64,000 bases of DNA from a virus. Shown here piece after piece: positions 46,589 through 55,082 of the stretch. The DNA is taken from IMG/VR virus record IMGVR_UViG_3300046535_000869, positions 1-64,000 of that record, one strand, 5' to 3'. A model generated the notes under the pieces. It was not told the origin of the DNA. It saw nothing but the letters and a program-made list of their open reading frames with translations, and searched no databases. The translations under genes were made by a program, and so were the position numbers. Numbering within the stretch: position 1 is the first letter of the stretch; each line of letters opens with the position of its first letter.

Positions 46589-47442
46589 AGCACCCTTTCC
46601 CAGAAGCCTCGGCAGATGCGAGGCCAGTTGAACCGCGCCGCCCCTTCGTCAATCTCTGCCTGGCTGACCGGAACCGGCTTCCGGCTCAGGGTGTCCTGGA
46701 GCCAGTCGGTCACCTCTGGCCGGGACAGCTCCGGGACGAAGATGGCCAGCCCGTCGTACCAGGTGCGGTAGTGTGGCCGGTTGAACACAATCGGCCTGGC
46801 CCCGCAGAGCAGGCCCTCCGCCGCCGGTAGCTCGAAGCCCTCGACCCGACGCAGCCCCGACACGTACTCGGCCGAGCTGTACAGCCCAGCTACTACCTCG
46901 TCGGAGACATCAGTATGGCAGACTACGCCGCTCCGGCGAAGGTTCGGACCGAGATGTGCTACGGTTTTCCCATTTGCCCAGGCTGCGCGCGCGCACTCCT
47001 TGACACTTTCTGTCAGCCAGGACTGGCCGGTCGTGACGATGCCGAAGGTCCGGTCCGTGCCTCGTGGGTAGAAGACCGCCGGGTCGACGCCCAGGGCCGA
47101 GTGATAGAACGGGAACTCGACCTGGAGCGCGTCTTCGAGGAGCAGCTCCTTGAGGTTGTAGTAGGACCAGACCAGCTTCGCCCCGGCCCAGAGGCGCAGC
47201 CAGGCGTCCGTCCTCGGCTTCTGGGTCGACCTCACGGCATACTGGATGACGGCGTACTTGCCGGTCTTCTTGATGAGGCCCGCCTGCTCGGTGAACTGCT
47301 CGACCCGCCCGTTGACGTGGAGGATGGTCAGCCGGGCCTGCTCAGGCCCGACCCAGGTGACGCAGCTCGGCGCGGAGCGCTTGAGCGCCTCGCTGACCCG
47401 TTTCATCGCCCGGTCGTCTGGTGTGACCATGTGGACCCGCAC
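46585..47442 (-). CDS. GT-B glycosyltransferase (paralog of 20350..21246)
   Basis: EGFELPAAEGLLCGARPI. Confidence 0.8.
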   Translation of the reverse strand: MRVHMVTPDDRAMKRVSEALKRSAPSCVTWVGPEQARLTILHVNGRVEQFTEQAGLIKKTGKYAVIQYAVRSTQKPRTDAWLRLWAGAKLVWSYYNLKELLLEDALQVEFPFYHSALGVDPAVFYPRGTDRTFGIVTTGQSWLTESVKECARAAWANGKTVAHLGPNLRRSGVVCHTDVSDEVVAGLYSSAEYVSGLRRVEGFELPAAEGLLCGARPIVFNRPHYRTWYDGLAIFVPELSRPEVTDWLQDTLSRKPVPVSQAEIDEGAARFNWPRICRGFWERVL

Positions 47443-48017
47443 TACCCGATCTCCGCGATAATGGCCGGGTTCCAGACCACGTTGCGCCGAGGCCAGGTCC
47501 AGGAATTCATAAAGTCGAAGTCGCCCTCGAACCGATGGCCGAACGTGCTCAGCCGATCCGGGATGTTCGGGACCAGCATCATCGGCGTCCCGACGTTGCC
47601 GTTCCGTAGGTCCTGGTCGGCCCAGAGGACCCGCCCATCCGCCCGGTAGCGCATGCGGAACAGGACCGGGAACAGCCGCCGCCGCCCGATGAGGCCCGCG
47701 ATGGCGTCCGCCTGGTGCGACCGATGGCCCTTGACGTAGGTGTCGTCGTCGTCCATGAACGCCAGCCAGCCGCCCCTCGCCTGCGGGAGCGCCGCGTTGC
47801 GCTCGGTGTGGCCCCAGTCGCCCGCCGGAGGCTTCCCGCGCGCGAGGAGGATCTCATCGCCAGGCCAGAGGTCGATGGACGCCAGGGTCGCCGCCAGGCT
47901 CTCCCGGCCGGTCGTCGCGACGATGAAGCTGATGCTGGTCGACCGGAGCGCCCGGTCGTCGGCCGTGATGCGCTCGACCACCACCTCGACGTCCTTGCCC
48001 TTCCGTGGCCCCTTCAT
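47442..48017 (-). CDS. Short GT2-like (GT-A) glycosyltransferase
   Basis: ISFIVATTGR, RNAAL..ARGGWLAFMDDDD, EGDFDF. Confidence 0.8.
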   Translation of the reverse strand: MKGPRKGKDVEVVVERITADDRALRSTSISFIVATTGRESLAATLASIDLWPGDEILLARGKPPAGDWGHTERNAALPQARGGWLAFMDDDDTYVKGHRSHQADAIAGLIGRRRLFPVLFRMRYRADGRVLWADQDLRNGNVGTPMMLVPNIPDRLSTFGHRFEGDFDFMNSWTWPRRNVVWNPAIIAEIG

Positions 48018-48127
48018 CGCGGCCCTCGGTAGACGACAAGGAGCAGGATGGCCGTCGTGACCGCCACGGCAATCGCGCCAGCCGCCAGCACGTACTTGAG
48101 GACGACCAGCCCTGTTGCCAGCGTCAC
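48014..48127 (-). CDS. 37-aa single-TM membrane peptide
   Basis: GTGA/ATGA coupling on both sides; MTLATGLVVLKYVLAAGAIAVAVTTAILLLVVYRGPR. Confidence 0.6.
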   Translation of the reverse strand: MTLATGLVVLKYVLAAGAIAVAVTTAILLLVVYRGPR

Positions 48128-49341
48128 AGGTAGCCCAACCTCAATGACTTGCGCTCCAGCGTGACCGCGACGCCCGGCTTGCCGTCGTGGTACGTGACCC
48201 AGAGCCGCTTCCGCTGGCCCGGATAGACAGGCCCGACGCCCAGGGCCTCGTTCGTGACCGTCAGGTCCAACCGAGCGCCATCTTTGACCGCCGCCCGGAC
48301 CACGTCCGCGACGTCGACCGTCTCCGCCTCCGACACGCCGTACCGCGCCGACAGGATGGTGAGGCCAGTAGGTTCTGGTGCTGCGCCGCCGGTAGGTTTT
48401 GCCGCCGACATCGCCGCCGCCGGAGTGTCGCCCAGGTAGCCGCGCGCGGCCCGGAACGCCTCGTCGAGGTCGGTCGGCCAGGATGGCACGCTTCCTGATT
48501 GCGCCGAGAACTTCTCAATCAGCCAGCGAAGGTCGTGAACCCGCCCGGCCCACTGGTCGAGCATCCAGTGCCGAACACACCACGCCGAGCCGAGCTTCAG
48601 CTCCCGCTTGTCGATGAAGTAGCCGCGCCCATGTTGCGGCCCCTTATGGAGATGCGCGTACCAGGTGCGCTTCGTGACCGCGACGTGTCCGCCGCCGAGC
48701 CACGTCTTGAGGCCCAGCTCCTGGAACTCCTGGATGAACGTCCCGTAGGTCGCCGGGTTGTCGTCCAGCCCGCCCAGCCAGTCGAAATGCCGCCGGTCCA
48801 TCACCCAGCACGAACCCTGGCTCGACATCTCGTCGTCGACCTCGTACGCCGGGTTGCCCAGCCGCGCCTTGATGCGCTCGTTCCAGATGGTGCCGTGCAG
48901 CCCGCACTTCGGGTCGTTCGGCCGCGCAAACGGGTAGCTCAGGTAGTGGTAGTCGACGTCCAGCTTGCCGACATCCTGGATGGCCCAGGCGTCCGCATCG
49001 AGCCGCTTGCGCCGAGGAACCAGGATGCTGTGGTCGTCCGGGAGGTCCCGCTGAACCTGCTCGTCGAAGCCAGGCGCGACCATACAATGGGCGTCCAGCT
49101 TCATCAGCACGTCCGCCGAGGCCATCGCCACGCCGTCGTTAATCCCGGCCCGCATGCCGCCCGCTGTGCCTTTATGGAGGACCTTGACGCGCGGGTCGGC
49201 CGGGAGGGGCGTCTCCGGCCAGTAGCCGTCGAGGACGGCGATGACCTCGATGTCACCAGTAGCCTTCTCCAGCAGATCCTGGACGGTACGGCCGAGGAAC
49301 TTCTCGCCGCGTGACGGGAGGATAATACTCAGCTTCGCCAT
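48124..49341 (-). CDS. Polypeptide GalNAc-transferase-like enzyme with C-terminal SUEL/DUF3395-like lectin domain
   Basis: LSIILPSRGE, MKLDAHC, GSCWVM, LGGLDD, ELGLKTWLGGG, WYAHLHK; C-terminal ILSARYG...DV...VTNEALG..VYPGQRKRLWVTY. Confidence 0.85.
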   Translation of the reverse strand: MAKLSIILPSRGEKFLGRTVQDLLEKATGDIEVIAVLDGYWPETPLPADPRVKVLHKGTAGGMRAGINDGVAMASADVLMKLDAHCMVAPGFDEQVQRDLPDDHSILVPRRKRLDADAWAIQDVGKLDVDYHYLSYPFARPNDPKCGLHGTIWNERIKARLGNPAYEVDDEMSSQGSCWVMDRRHFDWLGGLDDNPATYGTFIQEFQELGLKTWLGGGHVAVTKRTWYAHLHKGPQHGRGYFIDKRELKLGSAWCVRHWMLDQWAGRVHDLRWLIEKFSAQSGSVPSWPTDLDEAFRAARGYLGDTPAAAMSAAKPTGGAAPEPTGLTILSARYGVSEAETVDVADVVRAAVKDGARLDLTVTNEALGVGPVYPGQRKRLWVTYHDGKPGVAVTLERKSLRLGYL

Positions 49342-49368
49342 TGGCCCCGCTGGCGCGCTCCTGACCGG

Positions 49369-49773
49369 TTAGGGTTTGTTCTCGAAGCTGAAGGTCGGTG
49401 TGACCTTGACCTCGTCGTCTGTGTGCGCGATGTTGTACGGCCCATCGTCGAACCGCTCGACCCAGACCAGGTCGCCCGCCGCCGACGTGACGTAGTAGCC
49501 GTAGGCCGGTCCAGCCGCCCCGGTGAACAGGAAGCTCTGCCGCGCGTAGGTCGCCAGGCTCGGCTCGCCGACCGCGACGCCCCACGCGCCAGCCGGGAGC
49601 GTCTTCGCCGCGTAGCCGCCGCCCGCCATCTCGACCAGGTTATCCAGCCGCGTCGCGACCGACGGTGTGTAGTCGTTGGCGTACAGGTGCAGCGTGAACG
49701 GCGAGAGGCTCGACGTGTTCAAGATGGCGTTGAGGATGTCGGCCGATGCCGCCGACGGAATAACCAGCGTCAT
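49369..49773 (-). CDS. Putative virion structural protein
   Basis: LHLYAND.TP...E..GGGYAAKTL...YGYYV...VERF pattern seen in phage structural genes; coupled to portal. Confidence 0.6.
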   Translation of the reverse strand: MTLVIPSAASADILNAILNTSSLSPFTLHLYANDYTPSVATRLDNLVEMAGGGYAAKTLPAGAWGVAVGEPSLATYARQSFLFTGAAGPAYGYYVTSAAGDLVWVERFDDGPYNIAHTDDEVKVTPTFSFENKP

Positions 49774-52166
49774 ACGGCCTCGTCCTTATCTGTGTGAATC
49801 TTCGCAATCAGCCCGCGCTCGTCCCGCTCGACGGTCTGGGTTACCCGACCTGCCGTGAGCTGCTTGGGTGCCTTCGGCGCTTCGACGGTGATGTGAATCT
49901 CCGGCAGGCCCTTCGACATCTGCCGCCTCAGCTCCGCCTTGACGGCCCGCTCTTGGGTACGGAAGGCCGATCCCAGCTTGGTCTTCAGAAGCCGGACGTA
50001 CGCCATCCGCTCGGCGTCCAGGGCCTTCCAGCGCGACTTCCGAAGCATCCCCGCCAGCTCGCCGCCCGCCTCGTCGCCGCCGCCGCGCGCGAGAGGCGTG
50101 ATGACCGTGCAGCGACAGTTACAGTCGTCCTCTGGCCCGCCCATCTCGCCAGGGTACGGCCCGCTGTTCCCGGAGGTCTCAGACTCGAAGTCATCGTCGA
50201 CCGCCTGGACCTGGCCGTCCATCTCGACATGGCTGGCCGACTCGGTATTCCGAACCCTGTCATCTTGAGTGGACAACCACTCTTTTTCCTCGAATCCTGC
50301 TTGCGACATGCCCTCCAGCGCCCCGAAGTTGGAGGACCGGGTGATCTCGGTCGTCGCAATCAGGTCGGCCCGGAACTCGTCCGCCAGGTCGAAGACCTCG
50401 GTGATCCGGTCCGAGATGTCGTCGAAGGTCTCGCCCTCCTCCAGGCCGTCAGCGATAGCGTTGGCGATGTCTTCCTTGGTCGACTCGTTGATCATGCCGG
50501 TGACGCGGTCCGCGCCCCAGCTCCGCATGTGGTTGATGACGTTCGGGTCGGACAGGTCGAACGGGTTCTCAATGGCCGCGTCGGTCAGGACTTGCTGCCC
50601 GAAGTGGCCGATGACCGACCGGATGACCGGACGCCCGGCCCGGATGATGACCTGCGCGTCGGCCGCGTTGGCGATCTCGTGCGGGTCCGGCCCATCCGCT
50701 TTCTCACGCGCGCGTGAGACTTTCGCGACCCGACCCTTGAGCCGCTTCGGCGGAACTGCGTCGCCACTGGTCGTCGCCGCAGGCGGGAGCGCGGAGTCCG
50801 GCTCAGGCTGAGGCGTGCCAGGGTCCGGCTTCGGGTTGAACGCCTCGGCCGTGAACGACGTGACCGGCGTCAGGTTGAACGGGACCATGTGAACCTTGCC
50901 CCGGTTGTTCGGGAGAGGCTCACGCCCAGCGAAGCCGCGCCACTCGTCCAGGTCGAACGCTTCCGGCTTGGCCTGCCAGACCTTGAGGATGAACTCGCGG
51001 TCCTCCTGGACCGGGTTCACGTAGTCGATGACCAGGCGCTCGTCGAACAACGGCATCAGGGTCTCCTGCATCTGCGCCCGGAGGAACTCCGCGCGAGGCA
51101 CAATGACCCTGGACTGGTAGATGAAGTCGGCCGACTCGATGGTCGACCGGTTGCTGTTCTCGATGACGCCCGCGATCTCTGGCGGGATGCCCAGCGTTTG
51201 CAGGATGTTATCCCGCTGTTGCTTGCGAATCTCGCCGAACTGTTGCTGCTCGAAGCTGGGACTGAGCTGGTGGACGTCGACCTTCGCGCCGAGGAAGGCA
51301 GGCATCCAGCCCGCGCCGACCCGCTGGAACTTCGACAGCCACTTCTCCTCGACCCGCTGCAGCTCCGACAAGCCGAGGCCCAGGCCCGCGATAAGGACCG
51401 GCGGAACCGCCCGATTACGGAAGAAATCCTTGATGTACTTGGCCGCGTATTCGTCCGTCTCCAGCTCGTCGGCGAGGACCTGGGCGATGCCAGTGCCACG
51501 GCTGAACGGGTTGGCGGGCGACGGATGGTACGCCCAGAACATGTTCGGTTTCGGCACGTCCCATGTGCCGCCAGGCCCGACGATGCGGTAGAAGCCGCCG
51601 GTCGAGGCCGGGAGCGCCGTAATCCAGGTCGGCGGAATCGGGAGCGCCTTGACCGGCATCCGGTACTGGTTCAGCTCCAGCAGCCAGGAGGTCTCGCCAA
51701 CCAGGTCCAGATGGGTCTGGGCGAGCTGCATCGAGACCAGGCCAGGGAAGTACTCGTTCCCGGCCGTCAGGAGGTCGATGACCGGATGGTTGGGTAACTC
51801 GCGCAGCTTGCCAGCTTTGATGTACTGGCTCATCAGCTCGGCGCGAACCTTGCTTGATGCGCGCTGCAGCCGCTTGTCGCGGAACGCCTTGCCAGGCTGG
51901 AGCGAGGTACCCGGATCTAGGGTAGGCACGTAAACGTGCCAGGTGAGGCCCGCGACATCCTCAGAGATTTTCTGGAGGAAGGACCGGAGCCAGGGCATCG
52001 TGTCGTACGCCCGGAGCATGCCGTCCGTGCCGAGGCGCGGAGCCGTCGACCAGGACGGCCAGACGGAGCCGCCGATGCCGCCTGTCCCAGCGAAGATCTT
52101 GGACGCCGCGCTGCTCACCAGCGACGCAGCTCGACCGAGGATGGACGGAGTGTTTCGCCTGGACAA
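49770..52166 (-). CDS. Portal protein fused to a MuF/SPP1 gp7-like head morphogenesis domain
   Basis: HK97-like portal (FFRNRAVP, LGIPPEIAG...NRSTIE); then RADLIATTE, KEWLSTQDDRVR, H, PG...CNCRCT; TTG start. Confidence 0.9.
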   Translation of the reverse strand: MSRRNTPSILGRAASLVSSAASKIFAGTGGIGGSVWPSWSTAPRLGTDGMLRAYDTMPWLRSFLQKISEDVAGLTWHVYVPTLDPGTSLQPGKAFRDKRLQRASSKVRAELMSQYIKAGKLRELPNHPVIDLLTAGNEYFPGLVSMQLAQTHLDLVGETSWLLELNQYRMPVKALPIPPTWITALPASTGGFYRIVGPGGTWDVPKPNMFWAYHPSPANPFSRGTGIAQVLADELETDEYAAKYIKDFFRNRAVPPVLIAGLGLGLSELQRVEEKWLSKFQRVGAGWMPAFLGAKVDVHQLSPSFEQQQFGEIRKQQRDNILQTLGIPPEIAGVIENSNRSTIESADFIYQSRVIVPRAEFLRAQMQETLMPLFDERLVIDYVNPVQEDREFILKVWQAKPEAFDLDEWRGFAGREPLPNNRGKVHMVPFNLTPVTSFTAEAFNPKPDPGTPQPEPDSALPPAATTSGDAVPPKRLKGRVAKVSRAREKADGPDPHEIANAADAQVIIRAGRPVIRSVIGHFGQQVLTDAAIENPFDLSDPNVINHMRSWGADRVTGMINESTKEDIANAIADGLEEGETFDDISDRITEVFDLADEFRADLIATTEITRSSNFGALEGMSQAGFEEKEWLSTQDDRVRNTESASHVEMDGQVQAVDDDFESETSGNSGPYPGEMGGPEDDCNCRCTVITPLARGGGDEAGGELAGMLRKSRWKALDAERMAYVRLLKTKLGSAFRTQERAVKAELRRQMSKGLPEIHITVEAPKAPKQLTAGRVTQTVERDERGLIAKIHTDKDEAV

Positions 52167-52193
52167 TTGGGCCTTGTCCAGTTTTATGACGAG

Positions 52194-52409
52194 CTACTCT
52201 GAATTGCTAGAGGGTCGGGTCCGAGGGACGCGAACTTCCCGAACGTCGCCGCGATACGGGTCGGACGACCACTCCTCAATCGGCGGACAGGGACACTCGA
52301 AGACGTGCATGCGGTGGACGGTACAGAGGAACTCGCCACAGCCTTGAGGACACCGAACCCATGCAGGCATGGTTCTTGCCTTGGGAACAGTTCTTGCCTG
52401 GCGCGTCAC
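52194..52409 (-). CDS. Small Cys/His-rich protein
   Basis: CPQGCGEFLCTVHRMHVFECPCP; GTGA coupling. Confidence 0.6.
   Translation of the reverse strand: MTRQARTVPKARTMPAWVRCPQGCGEFLCTVHRMHVFECPCPPIEEWSSDPYRGDVREVRVPRTRPSSNSE
52206..52249 (-). promoter_or_regulatory. Conserved 44-bp element upstream of the portal gene (copy B)
   Basis: 37/44 identical to 33497..33540. Confidence 0.65.
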
Positions 52410-52540
52410 AGACGCCGGTCCTTCAGGTAGGCCAGGCCGGTCCAGACCGCCAGGCCGAGGAAGATCGCCCGGCCTGGCGTGCCAGGGATGAAGACAAACG
52501 ACAGCGCCACGAACGCACCACTCATCAGCCCGCCGAGCAT
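52406..52540 (-). CDS. Small two-TM membrane protein
   Basis: MLGGLMSGAFVALSFVFIPGTPGRAIFLGLAVWTGLAYLKDRRL. Confidence 0.55.
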   Translation of the reverse strand: MLGGLMSGAFVALSFVFIPGTPGRAIFLGLAVWTGLAYLKDRRL

Positions 52541-52541
52541 G

Positions 52542-52793
52542 TTAGGCTCCATTCCAAACGACATCGAACTCCTGGCCCTCGACGACGACCGGGATGGCTG
52601 GCCGAGGCTGGAGGCGCTCGTCTGGGATTTTGTTCCTGGCGATCTGCTCCTCGGCCCGGCGGACCTGGTCGCGCTCACGCTCGAAGACCGACTGCTCGAA
52701 CAGGCCCAGCCGCGTCGCGCAGCGCCGACAGTGACCGCGCGTCTGAACCCATCGAACCTGGCATGCCTTACACATCTGCGTCTTGAAGCTCAT
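52542..52793 (-). CDS. Hypothetical Zn-finger protein
   Basis: CKAC...CRRC; ATGA coupling. Confidence 0.6.
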   Translation of the reverse strand: MSFKTQMCKACQVRWVQTRGHCRRCATRLGLFEQSVFERERDQVRRAEEQIARNKIPDERLQPRPAIPVVVEGQEFDVVWNGA

Positions 52794-53158
52794 CGCGACC
52801 TCCGCTCGATCTCGCGCTGGCAGTACCAGAGCGCCTTCTTCAGGTCCTCCAGCTCGTGGCCCTTCTCGTCCGCACGCCACAGGTACTTGATCGCGTTGCC
52901 GACGTTGAAGTTGAAATGCTCGACGATGGTGATGCACTCGACGCCGGACGGGTGCGCGTTGTAGTGCTTCGGATGGTTGACCGTCTCCTTCGGCGGAAGG
53001 ACGCCAGCTATCGACTTGTCAATCGCGCGCGACTGCCGCCGACGCATGGCCATCAGCACCGACGCCGGGTCGCCCGCGCAGTTCCCGCAGATGTCGCCGA
53101 CCATGATCGGCAGCTCGCAGACGATACACACGTTCGGACTCACTGAGGTCTCCGCCAT
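52790..53158 (-). CDS. DUF3310-domain protein (T7 gp1.7-like nucleotide kinase family)
   Basis: VNHPKHY...ECI...GNAIKYLWRA..K...EDLKKALWY. Confidence 0.9.
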   Translation of the reverse strand: MAETSVSPNVCIVCELPIMVGDICGNCAGDPASVLMAMRRRQSRAIDKSIAGVLPPKETVNHPKHYNAHPSGVECITIVEHFNFNVGNAIKYLWRADEKGHELEDLKKALWYCQREIERRSR

Positions 53159-53167
53159 CGTCGTCTC

Positions 53168-53329
53168 CTAGTGTTTGTAGAGGAATGTCACCGTGGCCGT
53201 GATGCAGAGCGCCGAGGCCCAGTAGCAGGCGTCGGCCAGGGAGCGCGCCCAGGTCCATCGGATGATGTTCGCCGCGTACAGGACCATAATTATAAAATTA
53301 AACATGCGAGGGTCAGACAGCCAGCGCAT
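53168..53329 (-). CDS. Small membrane protein
   Basis: Two hydrophobic segments. Confidence 0.55.
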   Translation of the reverse strand: MRWLSDPRMFNFIIMVLYAANIIRWTWARSLADACYWASALCITATVTFLYKH

Positions 53330-53756
53330 CTCCGGTCCCCCACGTCCTGACCGCGTGACAATTCGCACAGACTAAATCGCACTTGGCGATCTCGGTCATC
53401 ATCAATCTCACGCTCATAGTGCCGGTCACGGCACGGCCGATCTGAAACTTCTTCTTCGCTGGCTCGCGGTGGTCGAAGTGCATGGCTGCTGGAGCAAACG
53501 ACCCGCCGCAATCGCTACATGCCTCGGCCTTCAGTTGGCGCACGATACGCTTCTTAATCGTGGAGACTCGTAATCGCGCCCTGCGAACGGAAGCGCGGTA
53601 TCGTTCTGGATCTTTCCGCCGCCGCTCCTTCATGTCTTCTGCAAGGCACGGCTTACACCATCGGTGGAGGCCGTCTTTCGATTTGGCCGATTTGCAGTAG
53701 TCGCTGAGAGGTCTATCCGTGCGACACCTGATGCAGTTCTTCGTTCCGGCTCTCAA
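53313..53756 (-). CDS. HNH endonuclease
   Basis: CIRC..CKPC Zn ribbon; CSDCG...HFDH...KCDLVCANCHAVRT; locally lower GC; TTG start assumed. Confidence 0.85.
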   Translation of the reverse strand: MRAGTKNCIRCRTDRPLSDYCKSAKSKDGLHRWCKPCLAEDMKERRRKDPERYRASVRRARLRVSTIKKRIVRQLKAEACSDCGGSFAPAAMHFDHREPAKKKFQIGRAVTGTMSVRLMMTEIAKCDLVCANCHAVRTWGTGDALAV

Positions 53757-54034
53757 TGGTCGCCTCGCAGCCCAGCCAAGATCGTCGGTGACGCCGCCTC
53801 GATGGAGTACTGGCCGACGGCCCGCTGGACGATGATGCCCTTCCCGGCGAACCACGCGCGCGGTTGCGCCGCGCCCGGCCGGTAGACGCTGGTGACCGGC
53901 ACGTTCAGCACAACTTCCGTCGCCGCGATACAGGCGTCCGACAGGTGAATCGTCCAGACCTCGCGCAGCCCGCGCCGCATGTTGTTCTGGTTGAAGTGGA
54001 GCCGGAACTTCCGCGCCTTCATCGACAGCGCCAT
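53753..54034 (-). CDS. Hypothetical protein
   Basis: TGATG-coupled; FRLHFN...WTIH...QPRAWFAGKG. Confidence 0.65.
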   Translation of the reverse strand: MALSMKARKFRLHFNQNNMRRGLREVWTIHLSDACIAATEVVLNVPVTSVYRPGAAQPRAWFAGKGIIVQRAVGQYSIEAASPTILAGLRGDH

Positions 54035-54216
54035 CAGTCGCCCTTCCGCGCGACGATGGTCTGCGTGTGCTCCAGACCGCAGCCTGAGCAGACCAGGTAC
54101 AGGTACGAATGTACGTGAGGCGGAGCCGGGCTGATGATCTTGACGATGAACAGCTCGCTGCACTTCGGACACACGATGTCCATCACGAGATGCGTATCTG
54201 GCATCGGACGCCGCAT
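54034..54216 (-). CDS. Zn-ribbon protein
   Basis: CPKC...CSGC. Confidence 0.6.
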   Translation of the reverse strand: MRRPMPDTHLVMDIVCPKCSELFIVKIISPAPPHVHSYLYLVCSGCGLEHTQTIVARKGD

Positions 54217-54689
54217 GCCTTCCCGGATTCCTTGTCCATCACGATGGCCGACTGCTGCGACATCGCGATGTCCGCCAGGCGAACCTCAATCTCGCTCGGC
54301 CTCCAGCCCTTCGTCGCGTCATCAGGCTTGACGCCGTACATCAGCTCCTGGGCCGACTCGCCAGGCTTCAGCGTCTTGTCGAGGCTCTCCCGCATCTGCG
54401 CCAGGACGATGTCGAGCCTAGCCGTGATGTCGCCCAGCGTATCAGAGCCGAGGTTGATCGGGACAGGCGTGTAGCCCGCGTCCTCGACGGCCTGTGCCAG
54501 CTCCGCGTCAGCGTCCGCCTCGGCCAGCTTCGTCGCCGCCAGCGCGGTCCGCGCGTCCGAGTAGCCCTCGTCGAATCGCTTCCTGAACGCCCGCCGGAAC
54601 GCGCCGACGAAGATCCTGACCCAGAGGACGCCCGCGACCAGCAGCCCGCCGACCACCATCCCGCCGATGAGGAACAGCAGCGGAATCAT
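54183..54689 (-). CDS. N-terminally anchored membrane protein
   Basis: Hydrophobic first 25 aa; TGATG coupling. Confidence 0.65.
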   Translation of the reverse strand: MIPLLFLIGGMVVGGLLVAGVLWVRIFVGAFRRAFRKRFDEGYSDARTALAATKLAEADADAELAQAVEDAGYTPVPINLGSDTLGDITARLDIVLAQMRESLDKTLKPGESAQELMYGVKPDDATKGWRPSEIEVRLADIAMSQQSAIVMDKESGKACGVRCQIRIS

Positions 54690-54904
54690 CAGTTGACCAG
54701 AGGAAGAACGCCGCTCTTGAACAGGTACGACCGGAGGTTGCGCCAGGGAATCTTGTAGCAGCGCCCCACATAGACGCCGCGAATGTCGCCAGCCTTGATG
54801 AGTTCTCGGACGGTCTTCCCGGAGATGCCAATCAGCTCGACCGCGTGCCGCGTGCCGAGCGTTGGACCGTCTTCTTTGTGCTGCATGTCGTGGAGCGTCG
54901 GCAT
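54689..54904 (-). CDS. Excisionase/HTH_17-like DNA-binding protein
   Basis: AVELIGISGKTVRELIKAGDIRGVYVGRCYKIP. Confidence 0.8.
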   Translation of the reverse strand: MPTLHDMQHKEDGPTLGTRHAVELIGISGKTVRELIKAGDIRGVYVGRCYKIPWRNLRSYLFKSGVLPLVN

Positions 54905-54978
54905 CAGGTCTTTGTCCCTTTGCCCCGGATCTTGGTTTTCCAGTCCTTCGCCTTGGGAAGCGGAGGGTTCTTGCTCAT
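54904..54978 (-). CDS. 24-aa basic peptide
   Basis: MSKNPPLPKAKDWKTKIRGKGTKT; coupled by ATGA and TGATG to both neighbours. Confidence 0.5.
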   Translation of the reverse strand: MSKNPPLPKAKDWKTKIRGKGTKT

Positions 54979-55082
54979 CGGTAGCCTCGCGCGAGGTACT
55001 CGATGTAGACGAGCGCCCCGAAGATGATGATCGCTTCGACGGTGAAGTAGACGACGTCACGCCGCGAACCGGGCCAGCTCAT
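54975..55082 (-). CDS. 35-aa single-TM peptide
   Basis: ATGA coupling; hydrophobic core. Confidence 0.55.
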   Translation of the reverse strand: MSWPGSRRDVVYFTVEAIIIFGALVYIEYLARGYR

